Assembly: GCA_964542795.1 (NCBI GenBank)
Contig: CAZIUX010000001.1
Coordinates: 1 to 29,285, forward strand
Length of the DNA: 29,285 bases
Source: an uncultured Muribaculaceae bacterium
Lineage (GTDB): Bacteria > Bacillota_I > Bacilli_A > RF39 > UBA660
Reading direction: 5' to 3'
A program made the position numbers and the translations under genes. The notes below the pieces were generated by a model. That model had not been told where the DNA came from and ran no database searches. It saw only the letters and a list, made by a program, of their open reading frames with translations. Position 1 is the first letter of the stretch. Each line of letters begins with the position of its first letter. Below are positions 17,802-26,127 of the stretch, piece after piece.

Positions 17802-17900
17802 AAAAAACTTTCTCCATAAGAGAAAGTTAAAATACTTTGTATCAAAACTTTCCTCGGTAGGATTATTAAACTGTTAAGTCCCTACTGTCTATGGATCGGT
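17802..17900 (-). ncRNA. L10 leader with attenuator terminator
   Basis: Minus strand AGACAGTAGG...TTAA...CCTACCGAGG matches the L10 leader core. It is followed by the terminator AACTTTCTC-TTATG-GAGAAAGTT-TTTT (17828-17802). Confidence 0.88.
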
Positions 17901-17935
17901 TCTTTAATTACGTTGTAATTATATTATAATTTTTA

Positions 17936-18634
17936 TTATTTGTCAAAAGAATTTAAATCAATCTTAATTCCAGGACCCATTGTAGTAGATACTGATATGC
18001 GATTAATTAAACTTCCCTTTAGTGAAGTTGGTTTAGCTTTACTAATAGTTTTTACTATATAAACTAAGTTTTCTACTAATTCATTTTCTTTAAATGATGC
18101 TTTTCCAAAGATTGTTTGAATATTACCATTTGAATCAGTTTTATATTCAATCATTCCTTTTTTAATGTCTTCAACAGCTTTGGCTGGATTTGGTGTAACT
18201 GTTCCAACTTTAGGATTTGGCATTAAACCTTTAGGTCCTAAAACCTTTCCAATTTTACCAAGTAAAGGCATCATTTCTGGAGTTGCTACGATTACATCGA
18301 AATCAAACCAATTTTCTTGTTCAATTTTATCAATTAAATCTTTATCTCCAACAAAGTCAGCTTTAGCAGAAATAGCATCTTCAGCAGCTTTACCTTTAGC
18401 TAAAACTAATATTCTTTTTGTCTTTCCTGTACCATTTGGTAAAACAAGAGATCCACGAATATTTTGATCATTTTTCTTAACATCAACGTTAGTTTTAATT
18501 GCGGCCTCAACTGTACTATCAAATTTAGTAATACTAGTTTCTTTAAGTACTTTTATTGCTTCAGTAATAGAATATAATTTATTTCTATCTACTTTTTTAG
18601 AAGCTTCCACATACTTTTTACCTTGTTTCTTCAT
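17936..18634 (-). CDS. rplA: 50S ribosomal protein L1
   Basis: KFDSTVE, IRGSLVLPNGTGK, LGPKGLMPNPK.GTV, STTMGPGI. Confidence 0.99.
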   Translation of the reverse strand: MKKQGKKYVEASKKVDRNKLYSITEAIKVLKETSITKFDSTVEAAIKTNVDVKKNDQNIRGSLVLPNGTGKTKRILVLAKGKAAEDAISAKADFVGDKDLIDKIEQENWFDFDVIVATPEMMPLLGKIGKVLGPKGLMPNPKVGTVTPNPAKAVEDIKKGMIEYKTDSNGNIQTIFGKASFKENELVENLVYIVKTISKAKPTSLKGSLINRISVSTTMGPGIKIDLNSFDK

Positions 18635-18676
18635 CTATATTTTCCTTTCTAATTGTGGTTTATTAGCGGATATTAT

Positions 18677-19285
18677 TTATTCATTATTTTTGTCGTCATC
18701 AGAATCTTCATCAGAATCTTTTTTAGTGATAAGTTCAACTTCTTTACTGTCAGCAAGTTCTTTAGCTTCTTCTTCAAGTTGAGCTAATTCTTGTTCGCGT
18801 TTTTGCATTTCTATTTCTTTTTCTGCAGCTTCTGCACTTTGTTCCAACAATTCTTGGTCATTAACGCCTTTAACAGCGATTCCCATGTTACGAGCTGTAC
18901 CTTCAATGATATTCATTGCCGATTCAACATCATATGCATTTAAATCTGGTAACTTAGTTTCAGCTATTTTTCTTAAATCTTCTTTAGAAATAGTTGCAAC
19001 AACTTGGTTAGCACCTTTAGCGCTTCCCTTAACTCCGGCAACCTTTTTTAATAAAAATGCTGCTGGTGAAGTTTTAATTACAAATGTGAATGAACGATCA
19101 TCATATAAAGAAATTTCAACAGGAACTACATCTCCCATTTTATCTCTAGATGCTTCATTAAATTGTGTACAAAATTCTTGTAAATTAATTCCTGCTGGAC
19201 CCAAAACAGTTCCTACTGGAGGAGCTGGTGTTGCTTTTCCGGCTGGCACTTGTAATTTAATTTTTCTTACGATTTCTTTTGCCAC
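18677..19285 (-). CDS. rplK: 50S ribosomal protein L11 with a ~62-aa acidic C-terminal extension; probable GTG start 19285
   Basis: [41 protein letters not shown] precedes GTG. Confidence 0.98.
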   Translation of the reverse strand: MAKEIVRKIKLQVPAGKATPAPPVGTVLGPAGINLQEFCTQFNEASRDKMGDVVPVEISLYDDRSFTFVIKTSPAAFLLKKVAGVKGSAKGANQVVATISKEDLRKIAETKLPDLNAYDVESAMNIIEGTARNMGIAVKGVNDQELLEQSAEAAEKEIEMQKREQELAQLEEEAKELADSKEVELITKKDSDEDSDDDKNNE

Positions 19286-19315
19286 GATAAACACCTCCTA
19301 TAAATATTTTCGCTA

Positions 19316-19346
19316 GTGGTATGGGCAAATCCGCATTCCCCTCCAC
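19316..19346 (-). ncRNA. Putative L1-binding leader upstream of rplK
   Basis: Minus strand GTGG-AG-GGG...CCC-ATA-CCAC: stem, internal loop and stem like Firmicute L1 autogenous control sites. Confidence 0.65.
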
Positions 19347-19378
19347 TTGTTATATGTAAACACATAACTGCAAGATAA

Positions 19379-19407
19379 ATATTAACATATGTTTACTACC
19401 ATTGCAA
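19379..19407 (-). promoter_or_regulatory. Putative sigmaA promoter of rplK-rplA
   Basis: TTGCAA (19407-19402), 17 nt spacer, TG-t-TAATAT (19384-19379). Confidence 0.6.
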
Positions 19408-19463
19408 GTTTATTTATATGAGGTAAATATATTTGTGATATCATTATAATAATGGAGGTATTT

Positions 19464-20330
19464 ATGATAGATTTACATTCTCATTCAATTTGTTCAGATG
19501 GAGAATTATCTCCTATTGAATTATTAAAATTAGCAGAAGAAAACAAACTAGAAATATTTTCAATTACAGATCATAATACCGTTTTAGCTTATAAATACCT
19601 TGAACATATAAATGTTAAAACATATTTCTCTGGAAAGCTCATTAATGGTTGTGAAATTAATTGTGGTTTTGACGGGTTAAGAATCGAAGCTCTTGTCTAC
19701 AACTTCGATACTAAAATTCTTGATAACTTTTTAAAGACATATTATTCAACTGATATATATAAAAAAAGTAATATCAAAGAGTTTCAAGAATTATATAATA
19801 AATGTTTAGTAAATAACTTAAGAATAGATAGTAATTTAAAATATGATCCAGAAAAAGAATTCCCAATGAATTTTATTTATAATGAATTAACCAAATATAA
19901 AGAAAATGAAATAATAATGGGCTCGGAAGAATTTAATTCTAGAGCATTATTTTATAGGAAGTGTACCTCTAGTAAATCTTATGTTTTGTTTTGTGATTTC
20001 ATGGATTCAATTCCTTCTTTAGAAGAAGTATCAAAAATTGTTAGATCGTGTGGAGGAAAAATATTTTTAGCCCATCCTTTTGGTTATCAACTTGATAATT
20101 ATTATGACACTTTTAATAAGTTGGTTAACAGTAAATTGTTTGATGGTTTTGAATGCTTTCATCCAAACTTTGACGAAAGACAAACTGATTTCTTAATCAA
20201 TTATTGTAAGGTAAATAAATTATTTATGTCAGCCGGTTCAGACTTTCATCGTTTTGGTGATCGATTATTCATTGGTCGTGGTAAAAATAATTTTAATGTT
20301 GATAAAGATGTTATAAGTAATTGGTTATAA
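19464..20330 (+). CDS. PHP-domain metallophosphoesterase (YciV/TrpH-like); probable start 19464
   Basis: DLHSHS..SDG, ITDHN, GCEI, AHP and GSDFH motifs. SD GGAGGT precedes ATG 19464. Confidence 0.92.
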   Translation: MIDLHSHSICSDGELSPIELLKLAEENKLEIFSITDHNTVLAYKYLEHINVKTYFSGKLINGCEINCGFDGLRIEALVYNFDTKILDNFLKTYYSTDIYKKSNIKEFQELYNKCLVNNLRIDSNLKYDPEKEFPMNFIYNELTKYKENEIIMGSEEFNSRALFYRKCTSSKSYVLFCDFMDSIPSLEEVSKIVRSCGGKIFLAHPFGYQLDNYYDTFNKLVNSKLFDGFECFHPNFDERQTDFLINYCKVNKLFMSAGSDFHRFGDRLFIGRGKNNFNVDKDVISNWL

Positions 20331-20354
20331 AAAAACAAGCCATTAAGACTTGTT
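20328..20354 (-). terminator. Intrinsic terminator after nusG (convergent with the PHP gene)
   Basis: Minus strand AACAAGTC-TTAAT-GGCTTGTT followed by a T run. Confidence 0.65.
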
Positions 20355-20882
20355 AACTTGAAATACTTCAACTTCTACTGGTGTTTCTTGACCAAATAAA
20401 TCTATTAAAACATTTAAGCGATTGTTATTTGTATCAATATTATTTACAACACCATAAATTCCTTTAAATGGACCATCAATTATAGTAATTTTATCTCCTA
20501 CAACAAAGTCATTATCAACATGTTTAGGTTGTGCTTCAACAATACCTAATACGTGTTCAATTTCTGAAGGTAGAAGTGGGGTTGGTTTAGCACCTTTTCC
20601 AGATGAACCAATGAACCCTGTTACACCAGGTGTATTACGAACTATGTACCATGCTTCATCAGACATTATCATTTCTACTAATATATATCCAGGAAACATT
20701 TTCTTGGTTTTTTCTTTTTTAACTCCATCTTTAACTTCAATTTCTACAGTTTCTGGTATAACTATATTAAAAATATTATCTTGCATACCCATAGATTCAG
20801 TACGCATTTCTAATTTTTCCTTTACCTTTTTTTCATGACCACTGTAGGTATTTACAACATACCATAATTTTTGATTTTCCAT
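20343..20882 (-). CDS. nusG: Transcription termination/antitermination factor NusG
   Basis: WYVVNTYSGHE, FPGYILVEM, VRNTPGVTGF, KOW motif GD.I.IIDGPF.G, LFGQETPVE. Confidence 0.99.
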   Translation of the reverse strand: MENQKLWYVVNTYSGHEKKVKEKLEMRTESMGMQDNIFNIVIPETVEIEVKDGVKKEKTKKMFPGYILVEMIMSDEAWYIVRNTPGVTGFIGSSGKGAKPTPLLPSEIEHVLGIVEAQPKHVDNDFVVGDKITIIDGPFKGIYGVVNNIDTNNNRLNVLIDLFGQETPVEVEVFQVNKS

Positions 20883-21058
20883 TAGTTAAACATCCTTACT
20901 ACCGCTGCGAAAGCTATATCTATTAAGTAAAAAAATAGGCCGAAAAATATACAAAAAAGCAGTGTCGATGTAGTATTCTTTCCTACTTCCTTAAATGTTG
21001 GCCATTTCACTTTACCAAGTTCCTGTTTTAAATTGTGAAAAAACTTTTTAATTTTCAT
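20882..21058 (-). CDS. secE: Preprotein translocase subunit SecE; probable start 21058
   Basis: ELGKVKWPT plus one TM. SD GAGGAG before ATG 21058. TAATG overlap with nusG. Confidence 0.95.
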   Translation of the reverse strand: MKIKKFFHNLKQELGKVKWPTFKEVGKNTTSTLLFCIFFGLFFYLIDIAFAAVVRMFN

Positions 21059-21111
21059 ACGTTTTTCTCCTCTATTTATCAAATAAAAACACTTCTATAA
21101 GTGCTAAACAA

Positions 21112-21140
21112 ATACTAGCACATTATTTTATTTTTAGCAA
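21112..21140 (-). promoter_or_regulatory. Putative sigmaA promoter of secE-nusG
   Basis: TTGCTA (21140-21135), 17 nt spacer, TG-c-TAGTAT (21117-21112). Confidence 0.6.
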
Positions 21141-21154
21141 GTAATTTTCTTATA

Positions 21155-21760
21155 CTAAGTCAACAGTTTCTTAATTTTACTTCTTATTCTTTGAATTGAA
21201 TTATCAATTTGCTTTGGTTTCTTATTAAGTAGGGGTGCTATTTCTTGATAGTTTAGTCCACTAATCATTAAGCTAAAGACTTCATATTCTTGATTAGATA
21301 AATTTTCTTCTATTAATTTCATTAACTCGTCATAGCTTTCTTGATTAGTTAAATTGACTAAGGGGTTATTTTTATTTTGATCACTAATAATGTCCATTAA
21401 AGTAGATGAAATATTATCAAGTGGTTTTTCTAATGATAAACTATCAATCATCATTTTATTTTTTAATGTATTTCCTTTTTTAATTGCATTTTGTAATTTT
21501 CTTTCAACACATACAGTTATAAATCTAGCTAACCCCGCATCTTTATCATCTTTATAAGTATTAATTGCATCAGCAAATCCTAACATAGCTTCTTGATATA
21601 GATCATTATTATCTATTTGGAGTAAATAAGCACTTCTTTTGTATTTCTTAATTAATATATCAATTATATATTTATATTTTTCAAATAACTTGTCCTTGGC
21701 ATCGGGATTATTTTCTCTTACTAATGAAATGGTTTCATGATCATCTATTTTATATTCCAT
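21155..21760 (-). CDS. sigH: RNA polymerase sigma-H-family factor
   Basis: DLYQEAMLGF, SLSLEKP, YQEIA..L....KQIDNSIQRIRSK. Sits in the conserved rlmB-sigH-secE position. Confidence 0.9.
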   Translation of the reverse strand: MEYKIDDHETISLVRENNPDAKDKLFEKYKYIIDILIKKYKRSAYLLQIDNNDLYQEAMLGFADAINTYKDDKDAGLARFITVCVERKLQNAIKKGNTLKNKMMIDSLSLEKPLDNISSTLMDIISDQNKNNPLVNLTNQESYDELMKLIEENLSNQEYEVFSLMISGLNYQEIAPLLNKKPKQIDNSIQRIRSKIKKLLT

Positions 21761-21761
21761 A

Positions 21762-22442
21762 TTAATCCTTCATTCCATAAATCAAGATGCCTGCCGCGAC
21801 TGATGCATTTAAACTATTAATATTACCGGCCATATCGATTTTAATTATTTCATCACAATTATCTTTGACTAGTTTACTTAATCCTGTTCCTTCATTACCA
21901 ATTACTAATACTTTTCTATTTGAATATGATACTTTTCGATAATTAACTCCTATCATATCAGCTCCATAAACAAAATAACCATTGTCTTTTAATATCTTAA
22001 TCGCGTTAACGATATTGTTAACTTGACAAACCTTAATGTATTCAAGAGCTCCAGAACTAATCTTCATAACTGTACCATTTACTTGAACACTTCGATCTTT
22101 AGGAATTATGATTGATTTAACACCAGCAGATTCACATGTACGTATTATAGCACCAAAATTATGTGGATCTTCAAGATGATCTAAAATGACAATAAAATCA
22201 TCATTAATAACTTTTTCTAATGGATAATAGCTATAGTCATTAATTTCAATTATAATGCCTTGATGATTACCTTCGACTAAGTGATCCATTTTACTTGGAT
22301 CCATACTTAAAAAAGTTATTTTATTTGTTTTAATAACTGACATTATTTTTTCATCTTTAAAATTATAAGCAAGATATACTTTTCTAATATTACCTGGTTT
22401 ATTACTTAATTCATTAAAAACATTTTTTCCGTATACTAACAT
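21762..22442 (-). CDS. rlmB: 23S rRNA (Gm2251) methyltransferase, TrmH/SpoU family
   Basis: NHQG, LDHLEDPHNFGAIIRT, VIGNEG.G, SLNASVAAGI. Confidence 0.95.
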   Translation of the reverse strand: MLVYGKNVFNELSNKPGNIRKVYLAYNFKDEKIMSVIKTNKITFLSMDPSKMDHLVEGNHQGIIIEINDYSYYPLEKVINDDFIVILDHLEDPHNFGAIIRTCESAGVKSIIIPKDRSVQVNGTVMKISSGALEYIKVCQVNNIVNAIKILKDNGYFVYGADMIGVNYRKVSYSNRKVLVIGNEGTGLSKLVKDNCDEIIKIDMAGNINSLNASVAAGILIYGMKD

Positions 22443-22804
22443 ATTTCACCCCCTACAATGTATTTCATAATTTCGCTTATTCTTTCTTTTTTATTATCTA
22501 AATATAATCTACCAATTAAATATTCAAGTCCAGTAGCAATTCTATAAGTTATTATATCAGTACTTTTACTTTTTCCACCTTTTGTATTTCTACCTAATTT
22601 ATAGTATTCAATTTCCTCTTCACTTAATATATTATTGTCAATAAGATGTTCTAAATGCATTCTTTGTGATTTAGCAGAGACATATTTAAGGCTCTCTTTT
22701 TGAATATCTTTAATCTTTCCATAATTTAATGTAAGTAAAAACTCACGAATATATAATTCGTAAATTGCATCTCCTAAATACGCTACTACAATTGGGTTAG
22801 GCAT
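22436..22804 (-). CDS. mrnC: Mini-ribonuclease III
   Basis: AYLGDAIYELYIR, GRN, YRIATGLEYLIGRLY; upstream of rlmB. Confidence 0.95.
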   Translation of the reverse strand: MPNPIVVAYLGDAIYELYIREFLLTLNYGKIKDIQKESLKYVSAKSQRMHLEHLIDNNILSEEEIEYYKLGRNTKGGKSKSTDIITYRIATGLEYLIGRLYLDNKKERISEIMKYIVGGEIC

Positions 22805-22836
22805 AAAATCACCAACCAGACTATACCACGAGTAAT

Positions 22837-23766
22837 TTAATTATTCAATTTTTTTCTATTTAAATCTTCAATATATTTATTGGCATTAATTGCGGCTTCT
22901 GCACCTTCCGATGCTGCATTAATAATTTGATATATTTTCTTATAAGTAATATCTCCACAGGCATATAAACCTTTAATTTCAGTTTCTTGATATTGATCTA
23001 CTTTTATATAACCATAATCATTGGTTATTCCTAAACCTTCAACTAATTCCGAAGCTTGTTCATAACCAATAAAAACAAATATACCTTGAACGTTTAATTT
23101 TTGATCGTCAGTTAGTATTACACCTGTAAGTTTATTATCTTCTGAAAGAATTAATTCTTTAATTCTAACATTATGAATTATTTCGACATTACTTCTAGCT
23201 TTTAAATCATTATATAAAATGTCATCAGCAAACACACCCGATTCGCCAAATCTATTTAAAACATATACTTTATTACACAATTTAGCTAAATATTGGCCTT
23301 CTTCAAAGGCACTATTTCCGGCCCCAACTATCGCGACATCTTTACCCTTATATAACTTACCATCACAAAGAGCACAGTAACTAATCCCGTTTCCTTCTAA
23401 CTTTTCGGCATTATCTACGGGAAGTTTCTTGGTTTTTCTTCCAGTAGCAATTATTACAGATTTTGCTTTATAAATTTCATTATCTGTATGAACAAGTTTT
23501 ATATCTCCTTCAATTGTTACTTTATTAACCCCAGTCATCTTATAAGGTATTTTAGAATCTTTAAAATGTTCAAACATCTTTAATGCAAGATCTGGGCCTA
23601 AAATATCATTAAAACCTAAATAATTGTCAACATTAGATGTTCGATTAATTAATCCTCCAGGCAATTCTTTTTCAAATACTAACATGTTTAAACCACTTCT
23701 ATGTCCATAGATAGCAGCGCTCATACCCGCAGGTCCCATTCCAATGACAATTAAATCATATATCAT
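22837..23766 (-). CDS. trxB: Thioredoxin-disulfide reductase family FAD oxidoreductase
   Basis: GMGPAG, IIATG, SYCALCDG (CxxC), VGAGNSA, GLYACGD. Confidence 0.9.
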   Translation of the reverse strand: MIYDLIVIGMGPAGMSAAIYGHRSGLNMLVFEKELPGGLINRTSNVDNYLGFNDILGPDLALKMFEHFKDSKIPYKMTGVNKVTIEGDIKLVHTDNEIYKAKSVIIATGRKTKKLPVDNAEKLEGNGISYCALCDGKLYKGKDVAIVGAGNSAFEEGQYLAKLCNKVYVLNRFGESGVFADDILYNDLKARSNVEIIHNVRIKELILSEDNKLTGVILTDDQKLNVQGIFVFIGYEQASELVEGLGITNDYGYIKVDQYQETEIKGLYACGDITYKKIYQIINAASEGAEAAINANKYIEDLNRKKLNN

Positions 23767-23775
23767 ACTTACCTC

Positions 23776-24594
23776 CTAATATCTTATTTTTCCAATTTGA
23801 TTTTGATCATTATATAGAGCATCAAATTTACTTTTTCTAAATTGAATAATGAAGATAGCTAAGCCAGTTATTAACAAACCGACTGATACAAGTTGAGCTA
23901 CTTTATATCCCATAAACATCAAAGAATCAGTTCTACTTGCTTCGATGAAAAATCTACCAATTCCATACCAAATCATGTAAAAAGCAGCAATTTGACCAAT
24001 TTTAATAAATTTAAACCTTCTTATTATTAATAATACAATAAAGCCAAATAAACACCAAAGTGATTCATAATAAAATGTAGGTGTGTAATATATTCCTTCA
24101 ATTTTCATACCATCAATAACAAACTGAGGCAATATTGAAATGCTTTTTAGATGACTTAAAGTTGTTGCTCTTCCGAATGCTTCTTGATTAAAAAAGTTTC
24201 CCCATCTCCCAATTGATTGAGCAAGTAGTAAAGGCACGCTTACAATATCTAGTAATCTTAGTAGACTAATGTTATATCTCTTACTGTAATATATTATAAC
24301 TAATATACCAAATAATATACCTCCGTGGATTGCAAGTCCGCCTTCCCACACTTTAAATATATCTGAAAGATTATTTCTATATAAATGAAAATTAAAAACA
24401 ATAAAGTATAATCTTGCTCCAATAAAGCCAAATATAATTGTCCAAAATAACATATTAAAAACAAAATCAGAACTAATTTTAAATCTCTTAGTTTCTTTTA
24501 AAATAAAAAAATAAGCCAATATTATTCCAATTAAGATTAGAATAGAATACCAACGAATTTCGATAGAACCTATCGATACTAAAACCGAATTCAT
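23776..24594 (-). CDS. lgt: Prolipoprotein diacylglyceryl transferase
   Basis: IRWY, GARLY, WEGGLAIHGG, IGRWGNFFNQEAFG, PTFYYES, RFFIE..R.D. Confidence 0.98.
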   Translation of the reverse strand: MNSVLVSIGSIEIRWYSILILIGIILAYFFILKETKRFKISSDFVFNMLFWTIIFGFIGARLYFIVFNFHLYRNNLSDIFKVWEGGLAIHGGILFGILVIIYYSKRYNISLLRLLDIVSVPLLLAQSIGRWGNFFNQEAFGRATTLSHLKSISILPQFVIDGMKIEGIYYTPTFYYESLWCLFGFIVLLIIRRFKFIKIGQIAAFYMIWYGIGRFFIEASRTDSLMFMGYKVAQLVSVGLLITGLAIFIIQFRKSKFDALYNDQNQIGKIRY

Positions 24595-25016
24595 TTTTTA
24601 TCTCCAATTATAATTTTTTCTAAACTATAATTCATAAATGAAATAAAGAAAGATATAATTAACGGGATAATTATTCCTTCGATTTGAAAATGACTTCCCA
24701 TTAAAAAACTCGCTATTTTTAAAATAATAACATTAATAAATGGATAAAATATTCCGAATGTAAAAACTGTAAGTGGTAAAGTTACCGCGACAATTAGAGG
24801 TCTTATAAAATGATTTAATAAAGATATAATTGAAGCAGTTAAAAACGCATAGATAAGTCCATCTATCACCATACTTTTAAATAATGCATCAGCAAGTAAT
24901 AAAACAAAAGTATTAATTATTAATTTTACTAATAATTGATTGCTATTATTCTTGGTATTATAGACAACGGTTTGGTTGTTTTTTAACTTTACTACTTTTA
25001 CTTTGGTTTTTTCCAT
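24591..25016 (-). CDS. YvlD-like membrane protein (phage_holin_4_2 family)
   Basis: Four hydrophobic helices with LLNHFIRPL...TLPLTVFTFG.F...IN. ATGA overlap with lgt. Confidence 0.85.
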   Translation of the reverse strand: MEKTKVKVVKLKNNQTVVYNTKNNSNQLLVKLIINTFVLLLADALFKSMVIDGLIYAFLTASIISLLNHFIRPLIVAVTLPLTVFTFGIFYPFINVIILKIASFLMGSHFQIEGIIIPLIISFFISFMNYSLEKIIIGDKK

Positions 25017-25025
25017 ATTTACCTC

Positions 25026-26081
25026 TTATCTAATAAGAACTTCTAATTCATCCGCATTATTTTCATTAATCCAAATTGTCAATTGTTTTTGGAATAATAA
25101 TCGATAATCATACAATTCTTTTTTTCTTAAATCATTCATGATCATTTCTTTAAATTCAGTATTTTTTGTTAAATTAACATATTCATCATCTATTCTGATT
25201 AATTTATTTTCTGTAGAAAAAATATTTTGAACAAATTCACTATGATATGAAACTTCAATTATTATTTCATTATTTAATGTATTGTCATAAATTATATCAT
25301 ATTCTTTATTACAGTTATTACATACAACTTTAGTATTATCATTAATTTTTGTTCTTAAAGTATCATCATTAATTTTATAATCATAAGATGGTAATGTATT
25401 ATTTATTATCTTTGTACTTACAACTTCTAAAGAAAACAAAGTAATTCCCAATGCTAAAACTAGTGAACTAATAAACAAAACTAATTTTTGTGATTGTCTA
25501 TTTCTTCTTATATTAAAGACGTAATTGTAAATCATCCATAAGATAACTATACCTATAATAAGTAATGATAAAAATATTAATGACACACCATAGTAACTGA
25601 CTCCTAAAAACATCATATAAATAGAAAGTAAAAATCCACATATTATAAATAATTCAAGGATAAATACTGGGATACAAGTAACAATAATAAAAGCATAAAA
25701 CAAACTTGAAAATGCTTCTTTGTATTCATTTTTCTTTATACTAGATATCTTATTATCAGGATATTTTTTATTGTATACATAAGTAAATATTAATATTGAG
25801 AAAATAATAAAAATGACTTCAATAGCTAAAGATAGTAATATTTTAATAATATTTGTTATTGGATAAGCAAAATTAAAACTTTTGCTAGTTACCTCTTTCA
25901 GTAAATCAAAAGGCAATCTTAAAAGTGCTATAAAAGCAAATATAATTAATAGTTCTATTAAATATTTTATTAGAGATTTAGCTCTTAAATTTAAAATCTT
26001 GTCAAATATTCTGCTGATTACTGATAAAAAATCATCAAAAAATTTAGAAACAAAATTCTTGTTGTCAATTCTTTTTTTCAT
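25026..26081 (-). CDS. Hypothetical polytopic membrane protein with a C-terminal soluble domain
   Basis: About 5-6 TM segments in residues ~35-220, then a hydrophilic ~130-aa tail. No family recognised. Confidence 0.8.
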   Translation of the reverse strand: MKKRIDNKNFVSKFFDDFLSVISRIFDKILNLRAKSLIKYLIELLIIFAFIALLRLPFDLLKEVTSKSFNFAYPITNIIKILLSLAIEVIFIIFSILIFTYVYNKKYPDNKISSIKKNEYKEAFSSLFYAFIIVTCIPVFILELFIICGFLLSIYMMFLGVSYYGVSLIFLSLLIIGIVILWMIYNYVFNIRRNRQSQKLVLFISSLVLALGITLFSLEVVSTKIINNTLPSYDYKINDDTLRTKINDNTKVVCNNCNKEYDIIYDNTLNNEIIIEVSYHSEFVQNIFSTENKLIRIDDEYVNLTKNTEFKEMIMNDLRKKELYDYRLLFQKQLTIWINENNADELEVLIR

Positions 26082-26127
26082 TATTTCACCCTAATGTAAG
26101 GATAATATAAAAAGATAAAAATATCAA

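Noticed and set aside
18696-18720. Short tandem repeat GATTCTGATGA(A/C)
   Set aside because: Simply encodes DSDEDSDD in the low-complexity L11 tail.
10780-21082. Longer ORF-track starts (10827, 13968, 16870, 19294, 19452, 21082)
   Set aside because: Each N-terminal extension runs through an SD, promoter or terminator; downstream starts with proper SD spacing are preferred.
24591-25016. Holin-family gene as a prophage marker
   Set aside because: Holin_4_2/YvlD genes are ordinary chromosomal neighbours of lgt, and no phage genes are present.
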